A stretch of 64,000 nucleotides of DNA from Gammaproteobacteria bacterium (GCA_003250975.1 QKIY01000033.1:14086-78085); one strand, 5' to 3'. Shown: positions 7,985 through 19,896, numbered from the stretch's first letter. The notes: generated by a model not told the origin, from the letters alone. Numbers and translations are program-made.

Positions 7985-10642
7985 ATGACCGATTCCGGAA
8001 AAGACATCGACCCGCAGGAAACCCAGGAATGGCTTGAGGCGCTGGAATCCATTCTTGAACGTGAAGGGGTGGATCGCGCGCATTACCTGCTTGAGCAGTT
8101 GATTGCCAAGGCGCGCAAGTCGGGCGCTTATCTGCCCTATAGTGCGAACACGGCCTACCTCAATACTATCCCCCCTTCCAAGGAGGAACGTTCGCCTGGC
8201 GACCCAGGTATCGAGTGGCGAATCCGTTCCCTAGTACGCTGGAATGCCATGGCCATGGTCGTCAAGGCCAACCGAAAGAGCAGCGAGCTCGGTGGACACA
8301 TTGCCAGCTTTGCCTCATCTGCCACGCTTTATGATGTCGGTTTCAATCATTTCTTTCGAGCCCCGACCAAAGAAAGAGGGGGCGATCTGTTGTTTGTCCA
8401 GGGACATTCGGCTCCTGGCATCTATGCCCGCGCCTACCTGACAGGCAGAATTAGCGATGAACAGATCCACAATTTCCGCCAGGAAGTCGACGGTAATGGT
8501 CTTTCCTCTTACCCACATCCTTGGTTGATGCCCGATTATTGGCAATTTCCCACCGTGTCCATGGGATTGGGTCCGTTAATGGCCATCTACCAGGCCCAGT
8601 TCATGCGCTACCTTGAGCACCGGGGCCTGTTGAATACGGAAGGCAGGAAGGTCTGGGCCTTCATCGGCGATGGTGAGATGGACGAACCAGAATCGACCGG
8701 GGGGATCGACCTGGCCGCACGTGAAGGACTGGATAACCTTATCTTTGTCATTAACTGCAACTTGCAACGACTGGATGGCCCAGTGCGGGGTAACAGCAAA
8801 ATCATCCAGGAGCTCGAGGGCCTGTTCCGTGGAGCCGGCTGGAATGTGATCAAGGTCATCTGGGGTTCATACTGGGACCCATTACTGGCGCGTGACACAC
8901 ACGGGCTGCTGCAAAAGCGCATGGAAGAGTGCGTTGACGGCGAATACCAGGCCTTCAAGGCAAATGACGGCAAGTTTGTTCGCGAATACTTTTTTGGTAA
9001 GTACCCGGAACTCAAGGCCATGGTGGCCAATATGTCAGACGAGGATATCTGGCGGCTCAATCGCGGCGGTCATGATCCACACAAGGTCTATGCTGCCTAT
9101 GCCGCGGCCATGAAACACAAGGGACAACCCACCGTTATTCTGGCGAAAACTGTCAAGGGTTACGGCATGGGCGAGGCCGGTGAAGGACAGAACATTACCC
9201 ACCAGCAGAAAAAAATGGGTGAAGCGGCGTTGAAGGCCTTTCGTGATCGTTTCAATATCCCGATCTCGGACAATGAGATTGCCGATGCACCGTTTTACAG
9301 GCCACCGGAGGATAGCCCTGAAATCACCTACCTGAAAGAACGTAGAAAGGCCCTGGGGGGATACTTTTTTGGCAATTTCAAGAAAGCAGCGCCATTACAA
9401 ATCCCTTCCATCGATATCCACAAAAAATTGCTGGAGGGCACCGGCGATCGCGAGATATCGACCACCATGGCCTTTGTCAGGATCCTCGGCGCGCTGACCA
9501 AGGATAAAAATATCGGCAAACATATCGTACCTATCGTCCCGGACGAGGCCCGCACCTTTGGTATGGAGGGTATGTTCCGGCAACTGGGGATCTACTCCTC
9601 TGTCGGTCAGCTCTATGAACCGGTGGATCACGACCAGGTCATGTATTACCGGGAAGATAAAAAAGGCCAGATCCTAGAGGAAGGTATCAATGAAGCGGGC
9701 GCCTATTCATCATGGATGGCCGCCGCAACGGCCTACCGGAATCACGGGATCTTTATGGTCCCGTTCTATATCTTTTATTCCATGTTCGGCTTTCAGCGCA
9801 TCGGTGATCTCGCCTGGGCCTCGGGTGATATGCGTTCAAGGGGTTTTTTACTAGGGGGAACCTCGGGACGTACTACCCTGGCAGGTGAAGGACTGCAACA
9901 CCAGGATGGCCACAGTCACCTGACAGCTTCCACCATCCCCAATTGTGTTTCCTATGACCCCACCTTTGCCTACGAACTGGTGGTGATTATTCAAAACGGC
10001 ATGCAGCGGATGTATGTCAATAATGAAGATGTCTTTTACTACATTACCGTGATGAATGAGAACTATGTCCATCCTGCTCTGCCGGAAGGTGTGGAAGATG
10101 GCATTGTCCGCGGTATGTACCTGTTCCAGAAAACCCCAAAAAAGAAAAAATTACATGTCAGGCTGCTGGGCTCAGGCACTATACTGCGTGAAGTCATTGC
10201 GGCTGCAGCCTTGCTTGAAGAGGATTTTTCCGTTTCCTCGGAGATATGGAGTGTCACCAGTTTTACTGAATTACGCCGAGGCGGGCTGGACGTGCAGCGC
10301 TGGAACATGCTGCACCCTGAAGAGAAACCTCGTACAAGCTATGTCGGTGAATGTCTACAGGGCGCCTGTCCCACGGTTGCCGCTACGGATTATATGAAGA
10401 CTTATGCTGACCAGATCCGGGGCTTTTTCGAAGGCCCCTATATTGTACTTGGCACGGATGGATATGGTCGCAGTGATACGCGTGAACAACTACGCAAGTT
10501 CTTTGAGATCAACCGAAATTATATTGCGCTTGCCGCACTGAAGGCCCTGGCAGATACCGGTGCCATTACCTCATCCACAATCAGCGAGGCGATCAAAAAA
10601 TATGAGATTGATCCCGACAAGCCCAACCCGGTAACAGTGTAA
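7985..10642 (+). CDS. aceE: pyruvate dehydrogenase E1 component (homodimeric type)
   Basis: N-terminal DIDPQETQEWLEALESILEREGVDRAHYLLEQL, about 885 aa, AceE-like throughout. The start could alternatively be the TTG at 7955. Confidence 0.9.
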   Translation: MTDSGKDIDPQETQEWLEALESILEREGVDRAHYLLEQLIAKARKSGAYLPYSANTAYLNTIPPSKEERSPGDPGIEWRIRSLVRWNAMAMVVKANRKSSELGGHIASFASSATLYDVGFNHFFRAPTKERGGDLLFVQGHSAPGIYARAYLTGRISDEQIHNFRQEVDGNGLSSYPHPWLMPDYWQFPTVSMGLGPLMAIYQAQFMRYLEHRGLLNTEGRKVWAFIGDGEMDEPESTGGIDLAAREGLDNLIFVINCNLQRLDGPVRGNSKIIQELEGLFRGAGWNVIKVIWGSYWDPLLARDTHGLLQKRMEECVDGEYQAFKANDGKFVREYFFGKYPELKAMVANMSDEDIWRLNRGGHDPHKVYAAYAAAMKHKGQPTVILAKTVKGYGMGEAGEGQNITHQQKKMGEAALKAFRDRFNIPISDNEIADAPFYRPPEDSPEITYLKERRKALGGYFFGNFKKAAPLQIPSIDIHKKLLEGTGDREISTTMAFVRILGALTKDKNIGKHIVPIVPDEARTFGMEGMFRQLGIYSSVGQLYEPVDHDQVMYYREDKKGQILEEGINEAGAYSSWMAAATAYRNHGIFMVPFYIFYSMFGFQRIGDLAWASGDMRSRGFLLGGTSGRTTLAGEGLQHQDGHSHLTASTIPNCVSYDPTFAYELVVIIQNGMQRMYVNNEDVFYYITVMNENYVHPALPEGVEDGIVRGMYLFQKTPKKKKLHVRLLGSGTILREVIAAAALLEEDFSVSSEIWSVTSFTELRRGGLDVQRWNMLHPEEKPRTSYVGECLQGACPTVAATDYMKTYADQIRGFFEGPYIVLGTDGYGRSDTREQLRKFFEINRNYIALAALKALADTGAITSSTISEAIKKYEIDPDKPNPVTV

Positions 10643-10651
10643 TTTTAGGCC

Positions 10652-11974
10652 GTGAGCAAACCGACTGAAATAACCATCCCGGATATTGGTGATTTCAAAG
10701 ATGTCGAGATCATCGACATTGCAATCACACCCGGCGATCAGATCCGAAAGGAGGATACCCTGCTTACACTGGAAAGTGACAAGGCCAGCATGGACATACC
10801 CTCACCCCTTACAGGCAAAGTCAGCAAGGTCCTGGTCAAGACAGGTGATAAAGTTTCAAAGGGGACGCCGGTTGCGCTTATCGAGGAAACAGGTAAGGAC
10901 AAGCCGGACATGACTACTCCATCCACCAATGTTGCTAAAGATGAAGACCTCGCCGGCAATGAAAAAACTGAACAAGGAACTACACCTGAAACTGCTGCGC
11001 CCGCTATCTATACACCACGCCCTGCGCCGGCGACACCTCAAGGTGCCCAGACAGTCGGCTCCAGCCGCTCGGCGAAGGCACATGCAAGTCCATCGGTTCG
11101 CCAGTTCGCACGTGAACTGGGTGTCGACCTGGGATTGGTCTACGGAACCGGCCCAAAGGGCAGGATCCTCATGGAGGACATTAAGGCCTTTACCAAGAGC
11201 ATGCTCTCAGGCGAAAAACTCGCCGGAAAAGGCGCGTTCTCCCTGCCTGAATCCTCCCCGGTGGACTTCTCAAAATTCGGCAAGACAGAGCTCCGGCCAC
11301 TCGGGCGTCTGAAGCGTCTGGGTGGGCAACACCTGCATAGGAGCTGGATCACTATTCCCCACGTAACCCAGTTTGATGAGGCGGACATTACGGACCTTGA
11401 AGAGTTTCGCCAATCCAAGCTGGACGATGCAAACAGCCAAGGTATCAAACTCACCCTGATTCCCTTCCTGGTCAAGGCCGTCGTGGATGCCTTACAACAG
11501 TTTCCGGAATTTAATGCCTCCCTTAGTCATGACGGTGAAAGCATAATCTTGAAAAAATATTTTCATATCGGTATTGCCGTAAATACTGATGACGGCTTGG
11601 TGGTGCCGGTCATAAAAGACGCAGACAAGAAAGGGCTGTTCGATATTGCCCGGGAACTCGGTGAACTTGCTGAAAAGGCCCGGGAACAGAAATTGAAGAA
11701 GGACGATTTGGAGGGCGGGTGTTTTACCATTACCAGTCTGGGCGGGCTGGGGGGGACGTCCTTCACGCCCATCATCAATGCCCCGGAAGTGGCGATCCTT
11801 GGTGTATCCCGCGCCCAGATGAAACCGGTTTACATGGAAGGCGAACTGGTCGCCAGGCTGACATTACCATTTGCCCTCTCCTATGATCATCGTGTCATCG
11901 ATGGAGTTGCAGGCGCCAGTTTCACCCGTTTTCTGGGCAGCGTGCTGTCCGATATCCGACAAATACTCTTGTAA
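10652..11974 (+). CDS. aceF: dihydrolipoamide acetyltransferase E2 (single lipoyl domain)
   Basis: Lipoyl domain with [14 protein letters not shown], an Ala/Pro-rich linker, and the catalytic DHRVIDG motif. Confidence 0.9.
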   Translation: MSKPTEITIPDIGDFKDVEIIDIAITPGDQIRKEDTLLTLESDKASMDIPSPLTGKVSKVLVKTGDKVSKGTPVALIEETGKDKPDMTTPSTNVAKDEDLAGNEKTEQGTTPETAAPAIYTPRPAPATPQGAQTVGSSRSAKAHASPSVRQFARELGVDLGLVYGTGPKGRILMEDIKAFTKSMLSGEKLAGKGAFSLPESSPVDFSKFGKTELRPLGRLKRLGGQHLHRSWITIPHVTQFDEADITDLEEFRQSKLDDANSQGIKLTLIPFLVKAVVDALQQFPEFNASLSHDGESIILKKYFHIGIAVNTDDGLVVPVIKDADKKGLFDIARELGELAEKAREQKLKKDDLEGGCFTITSLGGLGGTSFTPIINAPEVAILGVSRAQMKPVYMEGELVARLTLPFALSYDHRVIDGVAGASFTRFLGSVLSDIRQILL

Positions 11975-11980
11975 CCCATC

Positions 11981-13705
11981 ATGCCTGAAACCAGGGAAAT
12001 CCTCGTCCCCGATATTGGTGATTTTGAAGCGGTAGAGGTAATCGACGTGCTGGTCGCCAAGGGCGATCATATTAATAAGGAAGATCCGCTGATCACACTC
12101 GAGAGTGACAAGGCAAGCATGGACATCCCTTCTCCTGCCTCGGGCACCGTTAAGACCTTGCACATCAAGGCGGGTGACAAGGTCTCTAAAGGCGCGCCGA
12201 TACTGGTGCTAGAAACCTACGGCGAAGACGATACTGTGGAAACCCGAGCGGCTTCTACTATGACAGAGGCCACGCCGCAATCACCGTCAACAGAAGCGGA
12301 CCTGCATGCCGAGATCCTGGTCCTCGGAGCGGGACCGGGTGGCTACACGGCAGCATTCCGTGCTGCGGACCTCGGTAAAAAGACCATCCTCGTGGAACGC
12401 TATCCTGCACTTGGAGGTGTCTGCCTGAATGTCGGCTGCATTCCCTCCAAGGCCCTGTTACATGTGGCCCGGGTGATTTCGGAGATAGGTGACCTCAAGG
12501 CGCAGGGCATCGATCTCGGAACACCCAAAGCCGATACCCGTGCGATCCGCCGCTGGACCGAGAATGTGATTGGCAAACTGACCGGTGGCCTAGCGCGGAT
12601 GGCGAAACAACGCAAGATCACCGTTGTGCAGGGTGTAGGCAAATTCACTTCACCTCATATGATCCGGGTGACGGACGCAAACCGCCAGACAACAACCATA
12701 TCTTTTGAACATGCCATCATAGCGGCTGGTTCCCAGTCTGCCATAATCCCAGGGCTGCCCACCGACCCGCGTATCCTCGATTCAACGTCCGCCCTGCAAC
12801 TCGAGAGTGTCCCCGGACGGCTACTGGTGATTGGCGGCGGGATCATTGGCCTGGAGATGGCAGCCGTCTACCGCGCACTGGGCAGCAGGATCACCGTCGT
12901 TGAAATGCTAGACTCCCTGATCAGCGACTGCGACAGGGACATTGTCCGGCCCCTGCAGAAGCGGATCGCAAAACACTACGACAACATCTTTCTCAAGACC
13001 TCGGTAACCGGCATCAAGCCCGGGAAAAACGGACTCGAGGTCACTTTCGATGGCAAGGATGCACCGGTGAGCGACCGTTTTGACGCGGTCCTCCTGGCCA
13101 TAGGGCGTATTCCCAATGGCGGGCTGATCGATGCCGAACTAGCCGGGGTCGTCGTCGATGAAAAAGGCTTCATCCCGGTAAACGATCAACAACGAACCAA
13201 TGTGCCCCATATCTATGCCATCGGTGACATCACGGGTAATCCAATGCTCGCCCACAAGGCCAGCCACGAGGGCAAATTGGCGGCCGAGGTAATTTCCGGG
13301 CTGAAACGGGGTTTCGACAACCGTGTGATCCCCTCGGTCGCCTATACCGACCCGGAGATTGCCTGGGTGGGGGTCATAGAAGACGTGGCAAAGGCACGGG
13401 GTATTGATTATGGCAAGGGAGTCTTTCCCTGGGCCGCCAGCGGGCGATCTCTCTCACTGGGGCGTGATGAAGGGATGACCAAGATCCTCTTCGACAATGA
13501 CAGCCACCGGATCATCGGCGCGGCGATAGTCGGCCCCAATGCCGGAGATCTGATCGCAGAATGCGCACTCGCCATCGAGATGGGTGCTGATGCAAGGGAT
13601 CTCGGCCTGACCATCCATCCCCACCCGACACTGTCCGAGACGGTTGGCATGGCAGCAGAGGCCTTTGAGGGGACGATCACAGACCTTTACCTACCGAAGA
13701 AATGA
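11981..13705 (+). CDS. lpdA: dihydrolipoamide dehydrogenase E3 with N-terminal lipoyl domain
   Basis: N-terminal lipoyl domain ([15 protein letters not shown]) fused to an FAD/NAD oxidoreductase carrying GAGPGGY...GGVCLNVGCIPSK. Confidence 0.9.
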   Translation: MPETREILVPDIGDFEAVEVIDVLVAKGDHINKEDPLITLESDKASMDIPSPASGTVKTLHIKAGDKVSKGAPILVLETYGEDDTVETRAASTMTEATPQSPSTEADLHAEILVLGAGPGGYTAAFRAADLGKKTILVERYPALGGVCLNVGCIPSKALLHVARVISEIGDLKAQGIDLGTPKADTRAIRRWTENVIGKLTGGLARMAKQRKITVVQGVGKFTSPHMIRVTDANRQTTTISFEHAIIAAGSQSAIIPGLPTDPRILDSTSALQLESVPGRLLVIGGGIIGLEMAAVYRALGSRITVVEMLDSLISDCDRDIVRPLQKRIAKHYDNIFLKTSVTGIKPGKNGLEVTFDGKDAPVSDRFDAVLLAIGRIPNGGLIDAELAGVVVDEKGFIPVNDQQRTNVPHIYAIGDITGNPMLAHKASHEGKLAAEVISGLKRGFDNRVIPSVAYTDPEIAWVGVIEDVAKARGIDYGKGVFPWAASGRSLSLGRDEGMTKILFDNDSHRIIGAAIVGPNAGDLIAECALAIEMGADARDLGLTIHPHPTLSETVGMAAEAFEGTITDLYLPKK

Positions 13706-14175
13706 CAGTTGATAAACCAGTAAAGGCACGCTTCTCGATTAACCTGATAGTAAATGCCAGAAACGAGCTCTTGTTGTTGAAACGCAGGCAAACTGCGGAA
13801 CTGGGCCCCGGTCAATGGGGGTTCCCCGCCGGCCATATCCAGGACGTTGAATCTGCTGAAGAATGCTCGGCAAGAGAACTGGCTGAAGAGATTGGTGAGC
13901 AAACTCGCCTGCAACTCCTGCGAACTCTGGGTCCAGTGCGTGACACATTTTATGGAGGTATCTACGATGTCTACCTGTTTCACTACCGCTGGCTAGAGGG
14001 GGAGGTCCGGTTAAACCCGGAACATACCGACTATGCATGGGTCGCCCCGGATGATTATGCCGGGTACGATGTCATGGACGGGATGGATGAAGATATCGCC
14101 CTGTTAAATCTCTGGCCTGTCGGTTATCTTGACCCGGAAAAATTGCCGCCTGCCTTGCGAAAGAATAATAATTAA
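13702..14175 (+). CDS. NUDIX hydrolase
   Basis: Nudix box GHIQDVESAEECSARELAEEIGE. The start overlaps the lpdA stop (ATGA). Confidence 0.75.
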   Translation: MTVDKPVKARFSINLIVNARNELLLLKRRQTAELGPGQWGFPAGHIQDVESAEECSARELAEEIGEQTRLQLLRTLGPVRDTFYGGIYDVYLFHYRWLEGEVRLNPEHTDYAWVAPDDYAGYDVMDGMDEDIALLNLWPVGYLDPEKLPPALRKNNN

Positions 14176-14957
14176 TGCCTGTCACGCTCCACTACAATAC
14201 CTTTGGCCAGGGCCCGGCCGTCATGATACTGCATGGCCTGTTTGGCTCGTCACGTAACTGGCAGGGCATGGCCAAGCGCCTGGCGGACCGCTACCAGGTC
14301 ATTACCGTTGACCTGCGTAATCATGGGCAGTCCGCGAGTATTGTGACAATGAGTTATCCTGAAATGGCGGCGGATGTCATTCAACTTATCCAGGACTTGT
14401 CACTGGCCGGGGTGCGCCTAGTTGGCCACAGCATGGGCGGCAAAACCGCTATGCAGGCCGCACTTACAGCACCCGGGATAATTGAGAGGCTGGTAGTACT
14501 GGACACCGCACCCGTGTCCTATGCCCACCGTTACGGCAAGATCTTCTTTGCCCTGCGCAACCTGCCACTGAAAGAGATCAGGAACCGAGAAGAGGCCGAG
14601 GCGATGCTAGATGAACAAATTAATGATCTGTTTCTCACGCGATTTCTGCTGCAAAATCTGGTCAGAAATGAAGACCGATTTGAATGGCGCATAAACATCA
14701 AGATAATCGAAGACAATATTGAAACGATCAGTGGCTTCCCTGAAGCGACGCCGGGCATCCACTATGACGGCCCCGCCCTTTTCCTAGGTGGCGCCAATTC
14801 CCATTTCATCCAAGCACAACACTATCCGGATATTCTGTCCCGATTTCCAAATGCTACGATCAGACTGCTAGAAGGGACCGGTCACATGCTGCATGTAGAA
14901 CAGTCGCTTGAGGTTGAGAACAGCCTCAGGGCGTTCCTCGAAACCCAGGCCCTCTGA
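14175..14957 (+). CDS. alpha/beta-fold hydrolase (esterase YbfF-like)
   Basis: HGLFGS oxyanion region and the GHSMGG nucleophile elbow. The start overlaps the NUDIX stop (TAATG). Confidence 0.7.
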   Translation: MPVTLHYNTFGQGPAVMILHGLFGSSRNWQGMAKRLADRYQVITVDLRNHGQSASIVTMSYPEMAADVIQLIQDLSLAGVRLVGHSMGGKTAMQAALTAPGIIERLVVLDTAPVSYAHRYGKIFFALRNLPLKEIRNREEAEAMLDEQINDLFLTRFLLQNLVRNEDRFEWRINIKIIEDNIETISGFPEATPGIHYDGPALFLGGANSHFIQAQHYPDILSRFPNATIRLLEGTGHMLHVEQSLEVENSLRAFLETQAL

Positions 14958-15031
14958 TTTTTTCATCTCACTCTTCACGCAATTACTCTGTGCCGTTACA
15001 CTAGCACCCCTTTAACCTTAACCGGGATTAT

Positions 15032-16249
15032 TTGATGTCCGAGAAAAAGATCAGCAAAGTCGTACTCGCCTACTCCGGCGGACTGGATACCTCCGTTATC
15101 CTAGTCTGGCTCAGGGATTACTATGACTGTGAAGTCGTGACCTTTACCGCCGATATCGGCCAAGGCGAGGAACTGGAGCCGGCACGCCAGAAGGCGCAAA
15201 AGCTGGGGGTAAAGGAAATATTCATTGAGGACCTGAAGGAAGAGTTTGTCCGGGACTTTGTTTTTCCCATGTTTCGCGCCAACACCCTCTATGAAGGCGA
15301 ATACCTGCTGGGCACATCGATCGCCCGGCCGCTGATTGCAAAACAGCTGGTCGAGATAGCAAGGGAGACCGGGGCCGACGCCGTCGCTCATGGCGCCACG
15401 GGCAAGGGGAATGACCAGGTCCGGTTCGAACTCGGGGCCTATGCCCTGAACCCGGATATCAGTGTCATCGCCCCCTGGCGCGAATGGGACCTGAACTCAC
15501 GTGAAAAGCTGCTGGCCTATGCCGAACAACACGATATCCCCATAGAGGCGAAGCGCAAAGGGGGATCGCCCTATTCCATGGACGCCAATCTATTGCACAT
15601 CTCCTATGAAGGCGGCGTACTGGAAGATCCGTGGTCCGAACCGGAAGACAGCATGTGGCGCTGGACGGTCTCACCTGAAGCAGCACCCGATAAGAGCGAG
15701 AACATCGAACTCACGTTTGAAAAGGGTGATATTACGGCCATCAATGGCAAGCCCATGACACCGGCGACCGTGCTCGCCACCCTGAACGGTATTGGCGGCA
15801 AACACGGGATTGGCCGTACGGACATCGTCGAGAACCGCTATGTCGGCATGAAGTCCCGCGGCTGCTATGAGACTCCCGGCGGCACCATCATGCTCAAGGC
15901 CCACCGTGCGATTGAATCGATCACCCTAGACCGTGAATTGACCCATCTAAAGGACGAACTCATGCCACGTTACGCCAGCCTGATCTATAACGGCTACTGG
16001 TGGAGCCCGGAGCGCCGGGCCCTGCAGACCCTCATCGATCAGACCCAGGAACGGGTCAATGGAATCGTCCGCCTGCAACTCTATAAGGGCAATGTGATCG
16101 TTAAGGGACGTAAGTCAGATACCGACAGCCTGTTTGATGCCACCATCGCCACGTTTGAGGATGATGCGGGCAGCTATAACCAGAAAGATGCGGAGGGATT
16201 TATCAAGCTCAATGCCCTGCGCCTGCGGATCCAGAACTGGAATAAATAA
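15032..16249 (+). CDS. argG: argininosuccinate synthase
   Basis: [15 protein letters not shown]-loop, about 400 aa, ArgG-like throughout. Confidence 0.9.
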   Translation: MMSEKKISKVVLAYSGGLDTSVILVWLRDYYDCEVVTFTADIGQGEELEPARQKAQKLGVKEIFIEDLKEEFVRDFVFPMFRANTLYEGEYLLGTSIARPLIAKQLVEIARETGADAVAHGATGKGNDQVRFELGAYALNPDISVIAPWREWDLNSREKLLAYAEQHDIPIEAKRKGGSPYSMDANLLHISYEGGVLEDPWSEPEDSMWRWTVSPEAAPDKSENIELTFEKGDITAINGKPMTPATVLATLNGIGGKHGIGRTDIVENRYVGMKSRGCYETPGGTIMLKAHRAIESITLDRELTHLKDELMPRYASLIYNGYWWSPERRALQTLIDQTQERVNGIVRLQLYKGNVIVKGRKSDTDSLFDATIATFEDDAGSYNQKDAEGFIKLNALRLRIQNWNK

Positions 16250-16263
16250 CCCTGCCTGTTTTT

Positions 16264-17496
16264 TCACAGCCTGATCCGCTTTAACAGAGGGACCATGGTG
16301 GTCGTCTGGACAAACAGGGTAAACAACACCACCCCGTAGGCCACCGACTGGATGGTGTACCAGTAATCGAGGCTGACGGGAAGAGAAAGGGCCAAAGCTA
16401 GGGTGACCGTACCCCTGACCCCGCCCCAGCTGAGCAGGAATTGCTCAGCTGGGGAAACTGGTCGCTTGCGCTGAAAGAAATTAATGACTGGAAAAGTGGT
16501 GTAGATTGTCAAAAACCTCGCGGCCAAAACGGAAGCTATACCGACCATCATCGCAAACCATTGGTCAGAAAACATGGTCCAGGTGATCGTAACGCCCGCC
16601 AGTACAAAGATCAGTGCCTCGGCAATGCTGGAGAGAAATTCCCAGACCTGGTTGACCGCCTCACTCCTGTTTTCCTTGATAAAGGCCCAGCCGAAATACC
16701 CGGGGACTAGACCGGCGGCCAACACGGCCATAACCCCTGACAATTTTAGGACTACCTCTGCCAGGATATACGTGAGATAAACACAGCAGGTCGTGACCAT
16801 CAACTGCAGGTATACGTCCCTGACCAGCCGGTTGAGGTATTGCGTAATCATCCCGGTCATCACGCCGACTGCCACGCCGCCGAGGAATATCGACAGGAAA
16901 TTCATCACCACCCCGAACAGTCCCTCAATGCCAGACGTCACGGGGGAGGATACCGTCATGCCGATCAGGATACTGTAAAGGACGATGGCCGTAGCGTCAT
17001 TGAACAAGCTCTCTCCATCCAGCAGGATCCGGAGACGTGTTGGCACATTCATCTTTTCAAACAGGCTGATCACCGCGGCAGGATCAGTCGCTGACAATAG
17101 TGCGCCGGCCAGCAAGGCGGCCAGCCACGGAAATCCGGCCGGATGATTGATCCCGGTATACAGTCCAATGGCTATCACTGCTGTCGAGAGCAACATCAGC
17201 GGAAGTGAGAGGATCATGATAACCATCAGGTTGTCACGCAGTAATCTCAAATCCATCTTTAATGCTGACTGGTAAATCAGGACAGGCAGGATCGCGTAAA
17301 AAATAATGGACTGAAAGTTTTCCCAGCGTATACCGGTATCAAGACCGAACACACGCGTTGTGATTTCAGAACCAATAAATCCGGCAATGATCAACAGAAC
17401 AGGATATGGAAGGCTTAATCTTTCTGCGACCGGTTTCAGCAGGGCTGCCAGCGGCAGTAATACCAGCATGAAAAGTATTGCATTCAAATTGCTCAT
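16264..17496 (-). CDS. CPA1-family Na+/H+ (cation/proton) antiporter
   Basis: 410 aa, about 11 TM segments, NhaP-type sodium/hydrogen exchanger motifs. Confidence 0.7.
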   Translation of the reverse strand: MSNLNAILFMLVLLPLAALLKPVAERLSLPYPVLLIIAGFIGSEITTRVFGLDTGIRWENFQSIIFYAILPVLIYQSALKMDLRLLRDNLMVIMILSLPLMLLSTAVIAIGLYTGINHPAGFPWLAALLAGALLSATDPAAVISLFEKMNVPTRLRILLDGESLFNDATAIVLYSILIGMTVSSPVTSGIEGLFGVVMNFLSIFLGGVAVGVMTGMITQYLNRLVRDVYLQLMVTTCCVYLTYILAEVVLKLSGVMAVLAAGLVPGYFGWAFIKENRSEAVNQVWEFLSSIAEALIFVLAGVTITWTMFSDQWFAMMVGIASVLAARFLTIYTTFPVINFFQRKRPVSPAEQFLLSWGGVRGTVTLALALSLPVSLDYWYTIQSVAYGVVLFTLFVQTTTMVPLLKRIRL

Positions 17497-17546
17497 GGCC
17501 TGGGCGTCTTACCCCCGGTATCAATAGCTGGCCTGTGCGAGCTCCC

Positions 17547-18158
17547 TCAGGCGGTACTGCTCCTGAATCGCCTGGCCAGCCAGTAATCGAAACCCAGATA
17601 CCTGCCACCGCCGCTGAAGAACAACACCAGCAGCATGAAGAAATAGGTCGCGGTAAATTCGATACCATTTTTTAAGATGGTGATCGTTCCCGCCTCTGTC
17701 AGCCAGTCATAATTACCGTGCTCTTCCAGGATCTGGTTGGCTAGTTCCTTCCTGGTAATAGCCTCATCTATCTTTTCCTTTTTCCATTCCCATGGGACCA
17801 TTAATTCCTTCTCGGGTAATACATGCCAGCCATTATCCCAGTGTGCCGTCACTGCGGCCACGACCATGGTAAACATCAGGGGCAACGCAAACCAGCGCAC
17901 GGCCAGGCCAAGGAGGAGACAGCAACCGCCTATGAATTCAATATAACCGGCCAAATAGGCCATGATCGTTGGCGCCGGTATACTGAGGGAAGCAAACCAC
18001 CACCCGATGCTTTCAACATTCGACAGCTTGTTGGCACCTGCAAGTATGAAGATCGGTGCAAGATAGATCCGTAATGCCAGTGGGCCCAGGAAATCCAGTG
18101 CCCTGGTTTTATCAAGCAGATCGGTGGCACGGTTACTGACTTTAATTAAAGCTGACAT
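17547..18158 (-). CDS. DoxX-family membrane protein, 4th gene of the DUF2282/DUF692/DUF2063 cluster
   Basis: DoxX-like TM pattern (LALRIYLAPIFILAGANKL). An AAGGAG RBS sits 6 nt upstream of the internal ATG (MSALIK...), so the longer ORF-track start is probably wrong. Confidence 0.65.
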   Translation of the reverse strand: MSALIKVSNRATDLLDKTRALDFLGPLALRIYLAPIFILAGANKLSNVESIGWWFASLSIPAPTIMAYLAGYIEFIGGCCLLLGLAVRWFALPLMFTMVVAAVTAHWDNGWHVLPEKELMVPWEWKKEKIDEAITRKELANQILEEHGNYDWLTEAGTITILKNGIEFTATYFFMLLVLFFSGGGRYLGFDYWLARRFRSSTA

Positions 18159-18269
18159 AGGTATCTCCTTCATTCGTGATGCGCTGTTGCACCTGCCCTG
18201 AAAGAATATTGTTGTTAAATTTACCTGCCTGTCACCGGATAGCATGCACGCGAATGTTTTTTTACTTGT

Positions 18270-19040
18270 TTAGCCCTGACCCCGGATACCTAGCAAAATA
18301 TCCTTGCGATGCATGTCCTGCATAATGCCATGTCCTCCCTCGATAACGACTGCCGGTTTGGGATGGTTAAGCTCTGCTGCAACCTGCTCCAGCAATTTTT
18401 CCCCGCTTGCTTGTTGATTTTCTTTCATTAGGGCAAGGAGGCGAGCTGCAACAGGGTTTAGTTCAAGAAAGCCCACCTTGTATTGAAGGTCACGATAGAC
18501 AACCAGGTAAGTCAATTGCTCAGGGGCTTCTTTCGGGATGTTCTCCGGGCCAATGGTATGTACTGGATAATGGTAACTGAGCAGCATGATTACAGGATTG
18601 AGCACAGGCACCCCTTTGAGAACATCGCCGTCCCTTGAAATACCTGACATATCTATCTCCCTGCTATCCAGTGATACAGCCAATTCTGCCCATTCATAAT
18701 GGGCAAGCTCCAGAAGAAACGGCGGGTCATTCTCTGAATTGCGTTCACTCTCAAGATAATGAAGAAATTCGAGTGGCATCTTGGGGAATAGGGGAGTATG
18801 TGCCTGATGTGTCTTGAAATAATCACGGATCATCGCATGCCACGCATCATCAGCCGTGATTTTTCGCAGCACCGGGAAACTGGTGGACATGAAATTCTCG
18901 ACATTCCGGTAAAACAGGCCGGTGTAAATCTCCATGCGCCGGGCCTCGATGTCATCGGGCGCCGGATTACCATCCGGGTCCCTGATGTATTGAGTGAACC
19001 GGTATTGTACTCCTTTCAGACCTGACAACCGTTCAGGCAT
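18270..19040 (-). CDS. DUF2063-family protein (partner of DUF692 enzymes, HvfC-like)
   Basis: About 250 aa with a DUF2063-like N-terminus ([21 protein letters not shown]). It overlaps the upstream DUF692 gene by 8 nt. Confidence 0.6.
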   Translation of the reverse strand: MPERLSGLKGVQYRFTQYIRDPDGNPAPDDIEARRMEIYTGLFYRNVENFMSTSFPVLRKITADDAWHAMIRDYFKTHQAHTPLFPKMPLEFLHYLESERNSENDPPFLLELAHYEWAELAVSLDSREIDMSGISRDGDVLKGVPVLNPVIMLLSYHYPVHTIGPENIPKEAPEQLTYLVVYRDLQYKVGFLELNPVAARLLALMKENQQASGEKLLEQVAAELNHPKPAVVIEGGHGIMQDMHRKDILLGIRGQG

Positions 19041-19896
19041 GCTGCGCCTCTTTGTCCTGCTGATTCGTGTGTTGCTTTTGTATCAGCTTTATTTGATCCA
19101 CTTCGCTTAATAATGAATCCATGGGAGGTATATTAAAATCACGCTCCAGCAAGGTGGGAAAAACACCGAAGTGTTCATAGGCTATATGCAGCAGCTTCCA
19201 CACCGGATCGATGACATCGGATCCATGGGTATCCACCCGCAGGTCTTCTGCCTCAACGTAATGGCCTGCAATATGAGCATAGGCTATGCGCTCCCCCGGT
19301 AGGGACTTTAGAAATTCTACTGCATCGTAACCATGGTTGATGCTATTGACATGGATATTATTGACATCGAGCAGCAGGTCGCAATCAGCCTTTTCAAGTA
19401 CCGCATTAATAAATTCAATTTCAGGCATCTCCTGTCCCGGTGCAGCATAGTAAGATACATTCTCCATGGCGATCCGCCTGCCGAGAATATCCTGGACGCG
19501 CCGGATACGTGCGGTGACATAATCTATTGCTTCTTTAGTAAAGGGAATGGGCATCAGGTCATAAAGATGACCCTCATCTGCGCAATAACTCAGGTGTTCG
19601 CTGTAGTATTGAATATGGTGATTATTAAGAAACTCTCCAATTCGTTTGACAAAGGCCTCGTCGAGGGGTGCGGGACCGCCAATATTGAGAGATAGGCCAT
19701 GACAAACAAACGGGACTTTTTCGGTGATTTCCCGAAACAGATAACCATAGCGCCCGCCAACATCTATCCAGTTTTCGGGTGCGACTTCCATGAAATCGAT
19801 CTGATCTGGAATCTGGTCTGCGAGCGAGCCGATAAAGGCCCGCCGCAGACCCAGGCCTGCACCGTTTACTGGATAAGTGTGTTTATCCGGGCGCAT
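19033..19896 (-). CDS. DUF692 (UPF0276, MbnB/HvfB-like) multinuclear non-heme iron enzyme
   Basis: N-terminal GLGLRRAF and TIM-barrel xylose-isomerase-like features typical of DUF692. Located 29 nt downstream of the EGKCG-repeat precursor. Confidence 0.7.
   Translation of the reverse strand: MRPDKHTYPVNGAGLGLRRAFIGSLADQIPDQIDFMEVAPENWIDVGGRYGYLFREITEKVPFVCHGLSLNIGGPAPLDEAFVKRIGEFLNNHHIQYYSEHLSYCADEGHLYDLMPIPFTKEAIDYVTARIRRVQDILGRRIAMENVSYYAAPGQEMPEIEFINAVLEKADCDLLLDVNNIHVNSINHGYDAVEFLKSLPGERIAYAHIAGHYVEAEDLRVDTHGSDVIDPVWKLLHIAYEHFGVFPTLLERDFNIPPMDSLLSEVDQIKLIQKQHTNQQDKEAQHA

Noticed and set aside
8608-9060. 150-aa minus-strand ORF inside aceE, with similar antisense ORFs inside mutS (47996-48577), aroC (36313-37059) and htpG (44049-44630)
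   Set aside because: These are internal antisense ORFs of highly conserved genes, with no independent support.
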